Assembly: GCA_011109175.1 (NCBI GenBank)
Contig: RDEW01000017.1
Location: 1-64,000 of the forward strand
Direction: 5' to 3'
Source: Dicyema japonicum
Lineage: Eukaryota; Animalia; Dicyemida
DNA length: 64,000 bases
Shown here: positions 1 to 12,600 of the stretch, piece after piece
How positions within the stretch are numbered: the first letter of the stretch is position 1
Layout: every line of letters starts with the position of its first letter
Position numbers and translations under genes: made by a program
The notes under the pieces: generated by a model
The model's database searches: none
What the model was told of the DNA's origin: nothing
Seen by the model: the letters and a program-made list of their open reading frames with translations, nothing else

Positions 1-97
1 CTTGGATGGCGTAGTTGATTGGAGGAACTAGGATAACCTAACTGTTTGACGTTTTTTTCTGTCTTTTTTATCGGTGATCCCGGAGTTCTAAATAAAG
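1..97 (+). mobile_element. 3' end of a jockey/I-like LINE (terminal hairpin + AATAAA)
   Basis: GGATAACC...GGTGATCC stem followed by GGAGTTCTAAATAAA; near-identical 3' end at about 42250-42320. Confidence 0.6.
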
Positions 98-99
98 AA

Positions 100-2110
100 A
101 TCTCAACACATGGATAGGGTAAGTGTAGCTCTTTTCTTTCAAATGCCACCACGTCATCGGCGAACCACGTGACATTATTCCAATCCCACGACATGCGTTG
201 GAAACTCGAATGCCTTTTTAGCGTCATTCGTAACGGAACTCCGTCTAGGATATCACTGACTACACTATGCTCCATGACACTGGAAATCTCTTACTTGTAG
301 CAACCAAAATCCGATTCCCCAGACTTTCTCCAACATTAGTCAACGCATATCTTCCACCTTTAATTTCTACTTTTCACGTGCTCTCAGATTCTTTCACCTC
401 ACTGAAGAATGTGCTTGTGACTTCAATACGAAGCATCCATTATGGTTTCTAATACAGTACCATGACAAGAATATCTATGGTCTCTGTATACTCAACGATC
501 AGGCTTTCCATACAAGAACACCAACTCGATGAAATGATAAACACTCATCTATTGACATCTCACTGTCATCTCCCATCCTAGCCTCTCTTATGAAACCAGG
601 AGTGACCATAACCGATATTTTGGAGGTCAAAACGAAATCACGGATGGGAAAACAGTGACCGACAATAATTAATTACAGCCTTGCAAACTATGGAGGATTC
701 AAGGAGTCGAAATGATGTTAGTCTTTTGCAGTTACACATCATCAGTTGAATGGTTTAACATGAGTGTCCTCAAGGCAAGGAAAGTATTTATCTCGATGGG
801 CCGACGTCTATACTCAAAAAGTACTCGGACAAAGTTTCTGATCAAAAAACGGAACTCCTTGAAAAAAATCCTCTCAAAAATGAAGACATCGTCGCAATAT
901 ATATGATCCACAATGAAGTAAACAGACAAATCAAATACATGAGCATAAAACAGGGCACGAAACTATCCCAAGATTTCTCCACAAACCCATCTATTAGAAA
1001 GGTATGGAAGACGATCAGATCCGTCAAAACCTCACTGTACAACATCTTGAAGAAATCCATGTGAACCCCAACACTCTGATTAACTATTATGCTTTAGTCT
1101 CCCACAAGGATTTTTCCAGAGATCACTGTGTTTACTTGAAGAGGACTAAACCAGAAACCTTTACAGACTGGATCGTATTCTCCGGAGCTGATGTCCATCG
1201 GAAAATATTTATGACGCGGAATTCCAAAGCCAGAGTCCTGGATTCCACATCCACTATAGAATTGAGGAACTTGGAGTCTCCAAATATCTGCCCTTCAACA
1301 TTGGTTCCGAGCAAACCACTCAAATTCCACACACTCGAGGCGTTGTAAGTGATCTGCAACAGTGGGAACTCGAGGACACGCTTTCTCTCAAATGGGATGC
1401 CTCAAGGATCCCAACTATCACCAACGCTGTTCAATTTGTATATACACGACATGCCATAACCCACGAACGAAAACTGTCTCCTCCTTTCATATGTGGACGA
1501 CATAGTCATTGCTGTAAGGGACAAGGGGGTACGAATTTGTCGCTCAAATGGTTCAGGGAATGTTCAATTCCTTAACCCAATGGTTGGAAGGACTGCGCCT
1601 GGGGGTGTAACCTACAGAATCATTTGTAACTCTTTACACCTTGCAGATATTATACAAGGAGGTATAAGATCACGAGCAACAACGTGGCAATCCCTTTAAG
1701 CCCACATCAACCATCATGTGAGTGACGTTTGACATGGACGTACATTAACAAAAACATGTTGAGAATCCGATGGACCCCATTCCGACGTCTCGGAAATTTG
1801 TACAACCCGCCTCACCTACACAAGTGAGCCGTGGTCAATAGCCATTTCCCACTCCTCTCTCCAGAAACTGTCCACAATCCAAAAAGCTGTCGAAAGAGTC
1901 ATTGGCCGCAACTTTAGGTACCCTACTCTGGGAGTACTTTTGATTAGACTACAACAGAAGATAGTGAAGAGATACTCTACCTAACATGTCCTTATATGAA
2001 ACCATGAACGAATACCTTAAAACCGCCCTAGATACAAGATAACCATGACCACCACTGCCTACTCGGCGTTCTGTTATGTTGGATTCAGATGTCTTTCTTA
2101 TTTGTTTAGA
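100..2110 (+). mobile_element. degenerate jockey/I-like non-LTR retrotransposon (APE endonuclease + RT remnants)
   Basis: TLVNAYLPP (APE-like) near 330-360; RT motifs GMPQGSQLSPTLFNLY (about 1395-1445) and YVDDIV (about 1490-1508); many stops and frameshifts. Confidence 0.8.
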
Positions 2111-2329
2111 AATAGTTGGCTGAGAACGTTCAGTATAGAAGCAATATGTTTTTGTTTAAAACTTCTTTTAATTGAATAATTTGTTAAATTTAATATTATC
2201 TAATTTTAAATATTGTTTTAAAAATATAACATTTTGCTGTTACAGACTGTATGTCCATTCTGGAGACCCATCCATCATTCCAACAATTGAATATGCCTGT
2301 CCCACGTTGATATTATTTTCCCTTTGCAA

Positions 2330-2610
2330 CCTACTCCAAAGTACATCTTGAGCCTGTTCTGCCGCTGTGAAGGCCGAGAGGTTGAAACGGGAAAAGTACA
2401 CGGTCCTACCCAATAATTTTTCGTTCGTTCCACTCGCCGTTGAAACGTCAGGTTCCCTTGTTCTTGCGATGCTGGGAATCTTGAGTCGTTAAGGGAATCG
2501 GATTTTTGCACAATCAAGAGATCGCGAGCACTGCTGGTTATTTGAGCGAATCTCGCTCGCCACCCTAAGAGGGAGTAGCCACGCAGTAAGCGCGGCACCA
2601 TTTGTTCACT
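2330..2610 (+). mobile_element. CRE-like non-LTR retrotransposon, C-terminal restriction-like endonuclease fragment
   Basis: KAERLKREKY...FVPLAVETSGS...WLFERISLATLRGSSHAV; clearly homologous to the minus-strand copy at 42790-43200. Confidence 0.8.
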
Positions 2611-2649
2611 TTTCCGTAATAAATTATTGTATTTCAAACAATCACTCCT

Positions 2650-2932
2650 CATCAACAATTCTGTCCAGCTAATGTTGCCATGGAGGAATACTTTCAAACC
2701 GAGGAGGTGAAGTTCCGAGGACGTCCGAGAGCATCACTGGCCACGACACTGAATGAAGACCTGAAGAGAATAGGATTATCTCTAACTACGGGAGATGACC
2801 TGGACCACTTGAGGGATTTGGCTCAGGATCGTGGAAAGTGGAGAAAATTAACTAAAAGATTAATGTTTGGTACTGCACTGGTTTTGTCATTTCCAATGGC
2901 AAGACGTTGTGCTTTATAATAATAATAATAAT
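2650..2932 (+). mobile_element. 5'-truncated RTE-clade LINE with (TAA)n tail
   Basis: PANVAMEEYF...FRGRPRASLATTLNEDL...DDLDHLRDLAQDRGKW matches the C-terminus of the ORF at 45989-48805; ends in TAATAATAA. Confidence 0.85.
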
Positions 2933-3006
2933 GTTCTTCTCAAAATTCATTAACAAGTGGATTACATAATAATTAAAAAACAAAGAAAAAGTAACATATA
3001 TAAATA

Positions 3007-5533
3007 TTAAAAATGATTCATTTTATTGGAGTAAAGGTTCATCATCTACCACTAATAATATAAAACTACTTTTGGAGTAAGAGACGGTCTGATCCCCTCT
3101 TCCAATGCCTTTTCAAAGTGAGATCCCGTAATATATATGAGTTCCTTTCCATCTGGATCGTACATTATTATATCTTTAAGGGCCACCCTCACAGCCTTGT
3201 CCACCAAGGCCTGGAGATCGGCTCCCGTGAAGTTTTCCAACCTTCTGTCTTCACTCAGCACTTTAAAGTCAACGTCATCAGCCATCCTCGGTTCAGTCCC
3301 GTTCTAAATCTCACTGAGGATCCAAACTTTAGTGATCGCACACAGAATGGTGTGCCGGTCCTCTGTGGTGGGGATTCCAACAAAAATGGTGATGCCAATT
3401 CGGCCATGTCTTCTGATGGCAGGGTCCACCCTATCTAAGAGTTAAACTAATAAAAACCTGGCCTGTTGGTCGCGGCAAGGACGTAAACCTGGGACCTATC
3501 GTTTAGTCCATTAAGTTCTGTGAGCATTTGTGAAACAAATCTGCTCGAATGAGCTCCCTAAAATTGAAATAAGGTAAATCGTACATCCTCAACACCGTGC
3601 CTGGAAGGACAAATTCCGTCGATCTCGTCGAAGAATATAACTGAGGGAGCTCGACTTCTTGCCTCACAGAAGAGATCTCTTATGGCTCTCTCACTCTCTC
3701 CGACATACTACCGTGAATTATGTTATTTACCTTGTTTATAAGCTCGGGTCCAGAAACACCGAAAAAGTTGAGCCCAGCCTCGTTTGCAAGAGCCTACACG
3801 GTGAAACCAGAGGAAAACCTTAGCTAGCATCGTCTTTCCACATCCTGGCGGTCCCACCAGGAGAATTCCGTCTCCTCCACCTCCATAGGGCCCAATTCGA
3901 CTTTTATAACGTATTGGGGCCAAAAAGTTAAGTTTCAATTCCTCTTTTACGTGCTCCAGAGCTCCAACATCGCTCCACTTAACACGTGGAATTTCTCCAA
4001 AACGTTTCTTTTGAAGCGATGACTTTGTCTGACGCACACAATACTGCATTCAACACAAGGAAAAACCTCGAAATGTTCTGTTTTTAAAGGAATCGTTGAA
4101 TTCTCGACCTTTACTTCAGGATTTTCCAGCTTTTCAAGAACTAAACTTAGCAAAAAAACAACTTTTATGTAGCTGGACGTCCAGCTTGTCCGTATCAGCT
4201 CCCATGAGGGACAGATCCTCCCCAAAGTATTGTCTAAATAAAACAACTCCTTACAAGTCTTCCACGTGGTTACGGACCTCGTCGACGAAGACTTTTAGCT
4301 CTCCCCCAGTGTACCCGGGACACAGAGAGGACACATGACGAAGGTTAAGATCGTCGTCACAGAGCAGTTGGCTGCAGAATTTGAGGAGAAGCCTAGTTAT
4401 AATAAAACAGTGAGGACTTAAATCTCTCTTCCTCGGAGGGTATACCAAGCTGGTAACATGCCTGAAGGCGTCCGTGACCTCGCAAACTCTCATCGACGTC
4501 CTCCAGATTCTCGCATGTAGCTATTATGAGAACATTCGTGGTAGTATTGTGGAGGTCTACTGTGATCACAGAATATACCGTCAATGGTTTTTCTGAGCTG
4601 GTTGGTTAGGTTCAGACGGTGGAAGGGCTCCGAATGTTTCATAGGCATCCCAATTTGGTCAAATAGGATCACACAACCAGACTTCTGTCATTGATAATTC
4701 GAAAACGATAAAACCTTAATTTTATCGCGGAGATGACTTAATTTCTTATCTGCGTTGTTAGCCATCAGGTCAGAGGCCGTGTATTCATAGAGGGGGAGAC
4801 CCAAGTGCTGTGAAATTATTATTTAAACTTACCCCCGCTATGGAACGTGCCAGAAGGGTCTTTCCACACCCCCGGGACCATACAAGAGCATTCCCTTCCT
4901 TCCCTCTTTGTTTTGAAGAAATCGATAAAGAAAACAGCAAATTTTCTAGCATTAAAAACAGAATTTACGATGAGGACCGGACGAACCCCCACGATGTCTA
5001 AAATTGTAAATTTAACACAGAACCAGTCAACACGGACGACGGAACGGAATGATCTTCTTTAGAATTACCTTTTAATTCCTTCTTGGGTGATTCCTTTAAC
5101 TCAGAGACCTAAAAGTTATCATTTATTATTACTGAGTCCATCGTGAGATCAATGAACTCGCTGGGCTCTCCGTAGGATCTCTTAGTGTTTTGAGAGGAAG
5201 GAAGTTGTTTTTCCGTTTCGTGGAATTTCTTCCAGATTTCTTATACAATGATCTCATTTGGTCATTCGTATTGTTAGTAGAGCTGGGGACCTCTACAATA
5301 TCAGGGTCCCCAGTCAGATCAGCTGTTAGCGGCTCTTCAGTCGGGAGAGTTCGATACCATTCACTATAGAGTAAATATTTTGCGTTTACGCAATGTTGAC
5401 TGCTGCGTTTATCATTTCTTCTCTATTTTCGAGACCTTCGAACGTCTAGATATGACAACATGTGATTTACTTGCTTGATAAATTGTTTAAGGAGCATTTC
5501 CTGGGTTTTGATTTCGTAACTACGAATTTTCAT
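3007..5533 (-). CDS. NVL: nuclear VCP-like AAA+ ATPase (NVL/Rix7); about 16 introns of 21-30 nt; two apparent 1-nt frameshifts
   Basis: Spliced D2: [43 protein letters not shown], and ITKNGTEP...[10 protein letters not shown], which is characteristic of NVL; divergent D1 upstream; GT-AG micro-introns restore the frame except at about 4870 and about 5220. Confidence 0.9.
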
Positions 5534-5659
5534 CACTTCGCGATCTTTAACGCACAATATTTTTATTTATTTATTAATTTTTTTAAATATTTTGTTCGAT
5601 AAATTTAATTTTAATTAATAATATTTCACATATTTCACATGTATCGATTTTTTACTCTA

Positions 5660-6420
5660 TAAAAAAATGATTAGATATAATCTAAAGATGGTAAAATAGT
5701 CAACAGAAGAGAACATCAGAAAATTACAAGAACTGATCAGAGAGATCGACAAGAACTTGAAGGCAGAAAATGCACATATGTGGGAGAGAATATCGAATAC
5801 TCTCTGCAGGAACCCCTCAATGCAAATGTCTGGAAGTGGATCAAGAACATAAAAAATTTCCCAGAGAGAAAAGGCCAAGTCTACATCAAACCCGACAGTC
5901 TGATAAATATTATATGTCTATCTCCAACAAGAAGTTTTGAAAAAAACCATGTATTCTATAAAATGATTGAACCGAAACGCTCCGATGACTGGATTCTCTT
6001 TACTAGCCAGGATATCCGCTGAGCCATATCCAAAGTCAACCACTCAAAAGTCAAAGGACCGGACAACATAACACAGTGATCGAGCTTTGGACTATTAGCC
6101 TATATCTTCAACCTATCTATCAACACGATTACAATCCCTGAAATATGGAAGAAGTCTCTAATCAAACCTATTTGAAAAACTAACCAATAAATTAACCATC
6201 TTTCTATCGCCCAATATCTATTCTGAGTCCGGTCTCACGATCCTTGAAAGTCTTGTTCTGGAAAACGTACAGGATTCAATCTCAATACATTCGACCCAGC
6301 ACGGATTCCGAGGTAACAGATCGACCACAACAACCCTCACACAATTCATTACGGAAGGATTTAACTCCCCCAAACCCCATCAAAGGACTGTACTTATATC
6401 CTTGGAAATCAGGTCTCTAA
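5660..6420 (+). mobile_element. degenerate jockey/I-like LINE, RT N-terminal region
   Basis: PEIWKKSLIKPI...YRPISILSPVSR...QHGFRGNRSTTTTL. Confidence 0.75.
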
Positions 6421-6429
6421 CCCTGGAGA

Positions 6430-6710
6430 TCACTGACGCCTGGTGGAAACTGTTTGTTTTACCACATCCTGCGTATGGATCTCGCTGCCCGAGAAAATGT
6501 GACGAAGGAGGATCACTTCATGTTCGAGGGAAAATTCTTCCGTGGCCGACCAAGGATAACACTCCATATCATATTGCACAAATATTTCCAAAAAGTTAGG
6601 AAATTTAAAAAAAAAACGGAAGACGATCTGGACGAGCTGAGATCGATCGCGTGTAACAGTAGAGGATGGGAGAGGCTAACTAATAACATTGTTTCTTGTG
6701 TTGCACAACC
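6430..6710 (+). mobile_element. RTE LINE 3' fragment
   Basis: HILRM...FRGRPRITLHIIL...EDDLDELRSIA...RGWERL. Confidence 0.75.
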
Positions 6711-7799
6711 ATTATGGCAAGGCTTTTTGTCCATTTCCACTCTTACATCCATGGATTTGGCGCGCGGTGGCAATTTACACGTGTGAATTTAGAATGAAAA
6801 AACTATCCATTCTTTAATGCAGTTGGGTATTTTCCAAAGTTTACACAAATTTTCTCTGAGATGTAATGGGAGCAAAGTGAAAGATATCCTGATAATTTAG
6901 TACTCCCTAACTAGCAGTCTTGTGAGACCAGTCGAGTCAAGGTCACTAATTTTGAAAACCGTTGAAATAAACGGGGTAACAATGCCTAAAGGATCAGTAA
7001 CTGTGAATGGAATCAAAATGGGATACTCTTATGACGAATCAGCAAAAGTAATATAATTTCTAGAAAATTTAGTTATTGGTTGTGGATGAGATATATACGA
7101 GATTTAGTGAGGTCTCAATATCCTGGAGTTAACAAATTAATTTAGTATTTGTTTGGGACTAACAGAGTTGTTTGAGGATATTTGCCTTAAATTTCTTAGT
7201 TAGAATAGTTTCATCATACAGATCCCCCAAATGCGGTAGTTGAAAAAGACTCAAGCTTGGACCACCGTTTTCGTTTACGCGAATAGCCCTTGAATTTTCT
7301 AGAACTGTAGGTAGGACAGCAACTGCTGAGATCGGAGATGCTATCGCGGAACAACTCGAAGACCCCGTAGAATGGCTCTTGACCGTTGGAATATACTATC
7401 TCTTGACAACTCGCTATTGTAACGGGATAAACTTTTTTTGGCTTTGTGGAGTAATATCTTACTCGTATAATCATTATCTTGTTCCCAGGGTCGTAGAGAG
7501 ACGGTGCATTCAAGACCACAGTCGTGAGAAACCCTCCAAGGAATGACTCAGTAAAGTGGGGGAAACCAATGATGCCTTTTGATATCGTCCAAACACTGGG
7601 CGCCTCGATGAGAACTTTTATTTCTTTCTCTTTGACCCAGTGATCCTGGGGGTAATAATATGGGAGCAACCCCCATGGATGTAGTGAAACAATATACAGA
7701 TCTAATTGGACGTAGTATGATTCCTCCTTGATATCGTCCAAACACTGGGCGCCTCTAGTCACTAACTAAGGAATGGAGATTAATAACAGAGCAAAGGGC

Positions 7800-8290
7800 A
7801 AAGAACCCTTCAACCAAGTAGCCAGAGGGAAAAAAACCCACTGAGTTTTGTCATAACCAAAATACCAGGATACTAAGGAGTAATTTAAAAACAATATTCC
7901 AAAAGAAAAAAGCAAACTTCACAAAATAAACTAATTTTGAGTAGAATTTGACTTCTTCGACATCTTTGGAGCTCTAACCCCCGCTTGTAATCGGCCAGTA
8001 TCTCTGGTCGGATTGTCACAGTCAAAAATTATAAAGAGTATTACCCTGATGATTTTGTTCGATATTGAAAATATGTTTAAATTGGAATATTTTGTACTCT
8101 ATCCAAGACAAAAACCGAGGAATATTATAAATGTCTATTTTATTCATGAGTTCCCTGAATTCCTTCTGAGAAGACAAATAATCAGCATCCAGATTAGACT
8201 TGAAGCCCTCGAAAGAATCTCCCATTAAATTCTACTCGTCAAAACGACCCAACAACCTTTACTATTATCAGAGCGCGATATTTTATTTTA
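7800..8290 (-). CDS. possible orphan or fragmentary spliced gene of unknown function
   Basis: 67-aa ORF 8022-8225 bordered by GT..AG intron-like segments; a downstream open frame can be joined; no family recognised. Confidence 0.25.
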
Positions 8291-8674
8291 AACATTTTTA
8301 TAAAAATAAAACTAATAAATAATTAAATTGAAAGTTATAAAATATTAAAGTTTCAACAAGAAACGTTAAGTTATTATTGAAAAGAATCTTTATTTTCCCG
8401 CTTTTTGATTATTTTAATTTCTACCCTGCTGCTTTTAGAATATGTCACGAAAATGTGGTTCCTGAAAATAAACTAAATATAGTCCTCCGTCGTCTAAGGG
8501 ACTTGAACAATTTGAGTACTCCAATTTAGAGAAGACAATTCCTACTTCCATAGAGCGCCAAGTAAGAAAGCCTCTGAGGTTCATACACACGTGGATATGA
8601 TCACCATGATTCATCCCTAATGGTATGACCAACACACATTATATAGAACACAAGAGAATATACAACAAACTAAT

Positions 8675-9702
8675 TTAAATCAACCGTGGTCTCTTGGCCA
8701 TTAACTTTCAAAGAAGTCATTAACGTCATCATCAGTCACAACATCCCCACTCTCAGCAAAATCAGCTGCAAAAGAATCAAACTCCTCCATCAAATATTTT
8801 ATCCCCCCAGATAACGCGCGTTGCTGAGAGATGTCTAGATTCTCCATCCAGTGCTCTGAATTTGTTGAGTCAAAACTCAGCCCCTTCTTCTCATATTCAT
8901 CACAGTCCCCATCATCAACAAAAATAGGACTTTTTCATTTCTTAACATGTTTAGGCAGCTAGCACACTTGCACATAGCAGCCCTCCACTCTGCTGACAGT
9001 GCAATCGCTCCCTTTCCAGTGAAGATCTTTGATAAAGAAGGACATCCAATGTTTTTCTTGTAAGAATAGAAAAATGGATGTGCTTCTGCGCACAGATGAC
9101 AGACTAATTCTTGGCCATCCTCAAAATCCGAACCAGTCTCCTGCCAGATCAGGTGCTGCAAATTTGCGTAAGCTAATACCTGTGTATGGAACCAATCCTC
9201 GCAGATAATGCATTGTACCATAAGAGAGCTCTGGAAATGAAAATTTTCGCAAACCTCGTTGGCGTCGTAGATCGACTCACAAACGCAGTATTTCCCCTGA
9301 AAGTTGTGATTGTAGTCATTTCTTGTGTTTTCTGCATCTTTATTCTGTTATTGGTAAGGGATTTAGATACCGGCTCCAATTTGCATGGGTTTGTAGGGAA
9401 CTTCTTGTTTCCGCAGTCACAACGGAAGTTTCTCTTGGTGTAAAGTTCGATCAATTCATGGCCAGCGTGGCAGTGGTAGGAACAGGCAAGACATATCCCT
9501 GCAGGCTGGTCAGAAGTACAGTGAGGCAGGAATATATTGGCTGTCTGTTTACGTATGACTGAGATGGTAAGAATAAAATTACTTCACTGTACGAACATTT
9601 TGTATCGTCACATGCCCCCAAGAGAGCCCTGGCTGTGAGTTGATCCTGTCTCTCTCTTTTTATTACATCCTGAAGGCAGACCACATCATCATCATCGGAC
9701 AT
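8675..9702 (-). CDS. UBR7: E3 ubiquitin ligase UBR7 (UBR box + PHD); 4 introns of 24-26 nt; three apparent 1-nt frameshifts
   Basis: LGACDDTKCSYSE, PAGICLACSYHCHAGHELIELYTKRNFRCDCGN, MVQCIICEDWFH, WRAAMCKCASC, basic C-terminus AKRPRL. Confidence 0.92.
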
Positions 9703-9779
9703 TGGATACTTTAATTTAAACGAATTAAATTTTAAAATATAATTATCTAAAATTTAAATTATTAACTTGAAAGAAACCA

Positions 9780-9935
9780 GGCCTCTCCGGAAGCTGCTCA
9801 AAAAACTAGGAATAATCAAATCTATTTTTGATGGCATTGCGACCCCTTTTCTAGCATTCAAATTATTCATTAAGCCATCTGTCAGCGATGCTTGTGCGTC
9901 ATGGGGAATCAATCTGTCCTGGACGAACAAAAAAA
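9780..9935 (+). mobile_element. jockey/I-like LINE RT thumb fragment
   Basis: KLGIIKSIF...IKPSVSDACASWG resembles KLNIIKPLL...KPTIEYACASWA at 20470-20590. Confidence 0.55.
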
Positions 9936-10734
9936 ATCAGCCTTAACCCTCGCAAATTGGCCATTTTTGGTTCTTTAGAATTTTAACCAATTTGAGAAAT
10001 GTTCAATTAGAAAAAAATAAAATCAATAATTTTTAAAAACAATGAACAAAAAATTGCCTCAAATGAATAAAAAAACGTATTTAAGTTTTATTAAAATAAA
10101 ATTTAATTTTTAACAGGTGGCTTCTCAAATTGATCTCTGTTGCAATCGTGAGAGGCAACGCAACGTCGATAATGTCGGCGGGGTTCACTTTGGATGGATG
10201 GCTGTGTAAATTAATTATTCAATAAACTAAAATCATAAAAAATCCTAACTATTTTTCTTTGCTTCAATAATACTTGCTTTGTACTTTAGAATGTGATAAA
10301 TTTCATTGCTCAATCTCGACATTAGATAATAGTTTAACACAAGAGTAATGGTTGCATGTAATTGTGTTTTTAACTGATAAATACACACACACGTGTGGTG
10401 CACATCGTTGATTAAAATTTAACACTATTTGGAGAATTGAAGTTTTCAAATTTCTTCTATCTTGGGGATCTGGCCACGTGACTCATATCGTCAAATTAAT
10501 CTCCAAAATCACATTTTAATGATAATATAAAAAATCAAAATTTCGACCTCTTCTTTAAAGAACCCACGTGGTCGCTTGAATTAACCGGCGATGAATTTAC
10601 CTAGAACCAGATATTGGCATCTAAACAGAGACGACAAACAGCAACCTTGAATTTATTGGATGTGGTAGTACTCATCCTGATGAGATAAGGACATCATTGA
10701 TTAAAATATATTAAAATTATTCAAAAGACCAAGG

Positions 10735-10920
10735 GTTACCAAACTAACAAACTCCTTGATCCTGACTTGTTCCAACGTTCCAGAACTTGTCTCCAGGTAA
10801 CGCCATTGTCCCGGGAAAGAATAGTGGATCCTCTTGATGTCGGCTAAGCATTGGGCGTCTCCTCAGTAAGGTGGATCCAATGACGCCATCGGAGGGAAGG
10901 AAAATAATTTTTGACCAATT
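10735..10920 (-). repeat. about 180-bp dispersed repeat (probable LINE 3' end); inverted copy at about 15990-16170
   Basis: TTCCTTCCCTCCGATGGCGTCATTGGATCCACCTTACTGAGGAGAC is shared in opposite orientation. Confidence 0.8.
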
Positions 10921-11476
10921 AATCACATAGCACCACATGGCGCCATTGGTTGATCTGGTGGTAGAAAATCCAAAATCGACAAACGTGTATTTGAAAAAAG
11001 AAAGTAAGTTCTAAAGTCTGCATATCAGAGCCACGGTGAAATGTAGGTGTCGTTTGGGGTTGTTTTCTCTTTTCAGGATTGGATTTTGGTGAAGAAAATG
11101 AATATTAAAGGTTTTACAACTTCACTCTGTCTTTTCCATATTCCACATAACTTACTTGCCTTTTAGACGATCACCTCTTCTCTTGTACTTGTTTGCCCTT
11201 GATTACTTGTATACTTTGACTGATCTCTATGAGCCTCCGGTTTTAATAGTCATTTTTGTTAGCCACCTTTTTTGATAAATCACAAATTCAGGAAAAAACT
11301 TGCTTCTAAGAATGCAGCAATGGATCTTCCAGAAACAGTGCCGTCGCTTCAAAGTACCCTTTTTGCAGCACGTGTAGAAAGAATTGATTCTATGTTGATC
11401 ATTATGATTTATTTACTTTTTTCCTAACCTGGGGATTGACTGAGAACGATCATCTTCCAACTCATAAAAACAGATA

Positions 11477-12264
11477 CAGTCGACCTCGTTTTGGGGAAAC
11501 CCTAACTGCGGAGAAAGAAATTTTCTTTTATTAATTAACCCCCAAATGGGGAAAATTAGTAACGAAATATTAACATATTTGTTTAAAAGCTTGTTCAATC
11601 TTGTAAGTAACGCCACAATCCTTAATTTTTTAATTCGTTTCAGAAAATTAAATCAAAATAAAAAAAATTAGAATATGTAAGGAAATACAGTCAGATCTGT
11701 ATAAATATGTATTTATTTGTGAGAAATGTGGCATTTCTAAAGCAAATCCGACCGAAAAGAGAAGAAATCCATGTGAAGGCTGCTATAAGTCAAATTGGGC
11801 AAATGGCACCAATTAAATACGGAAGTTTATGGAGTTTTTCGTTTTCAGAGATTCAAAGGTTTTCCGTTCAATGAACCACATGAAAACTTATTGCTTGTAA
11901 AATTGATAATAGACATTCTAAAAATACTTTATTGTTGGTTCCACCAATTTAAAAACATCAAAATCTTCAAGACGAAACACGACCAGCTGATAAAAATCAA
12001 GGTTGCCAAGAGGACTGAGAATGATAAATCTAAAGACATTGGCATTAAATATGCTGCTTCATACAAAGTTTTGGTGACAAAAAGTATTTTTGAAAATTGT
12101 CTATCTGTTCTCCGTAGTAACGATGCGGTCTTATTTATTAACGAAGAAATGAGGGAGAGAGAGAAAAATAGCATTACTGATAGATAATGCAACTTAAGGA
12201 GACCCTCATTTTTGGAGAAAACCTCAAAATTGAAGAATTTTTACCTCATTTCGAGGTCGAACTG
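11477..12264 (+). mobile_element. internally deleted Tigger/pogo DNA transposon
   Basis: TA|CAGTCGACCTCG ... CGAGGTCGA(A)CTG terminal inverted repeats; INEEMRE..KIALLIDNAT DDE motif near 12135-12195. Confidence 0.75.
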
Positions 12265-12269
12265 TTCAG

Positions 12270-12600
12270 GCCTTCTGGCTGAATGTTAAAATCTGACAGT
12301 CGTGGGTTCGAATCCGAAAAATTGAGTTTTCACGGAGGGTTAATTCTCGTCAAACAGATCCCACCCATGAGGCGACGAGTCCTTCAGCCAAGACACAATA
12401 GTTGAAAGGGCCAAATCCATTGGTGAAGATTATCCATTATAAAAACTCTTCCGTCAATGAAATGACGTACGCACAGTAGGAGGTGTAATGAAAATGGAAG
12501 AAAGTGACTTACTTCTCCACCTCTCTTCTAAAGCGGAAACCTGTAATGAAAGGTAAAGCGATTAATTATGATAACTGTTCTTTCTTAAATAAAGGAAAAA
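12270..12600 (+). mobile_element. tRNA-derived SINE-like copy (divergent)
   Basis: B-box GGGTTCGAATCC; 3' part GATTAATTATGATAACTGTTCTTTCTTAAATAAAG is shared with the copies at 14560 and 31499. Confidence 0.55.

Noticed and set aside
6900-7110. KTVEINGVTMPKGS resembling cytochrome P450
   Set aside because: No ExxR, PERF or intact FxxGxRxCxG motif. One short motif is insufficient.
9506-9519. 14-nt GT..AG in UBR7 that would restore the frame without an insertion
   Set aside because: It is far shorter than any other intron here and would delete a conserved zinc-ligand Cys of the UBR box.
9945-10400. piggyBac-like end (TTAACCC) and Cys/His cluster
   Set aside because: No matching second TIR or transposase motif was found, so it is too weak to call.
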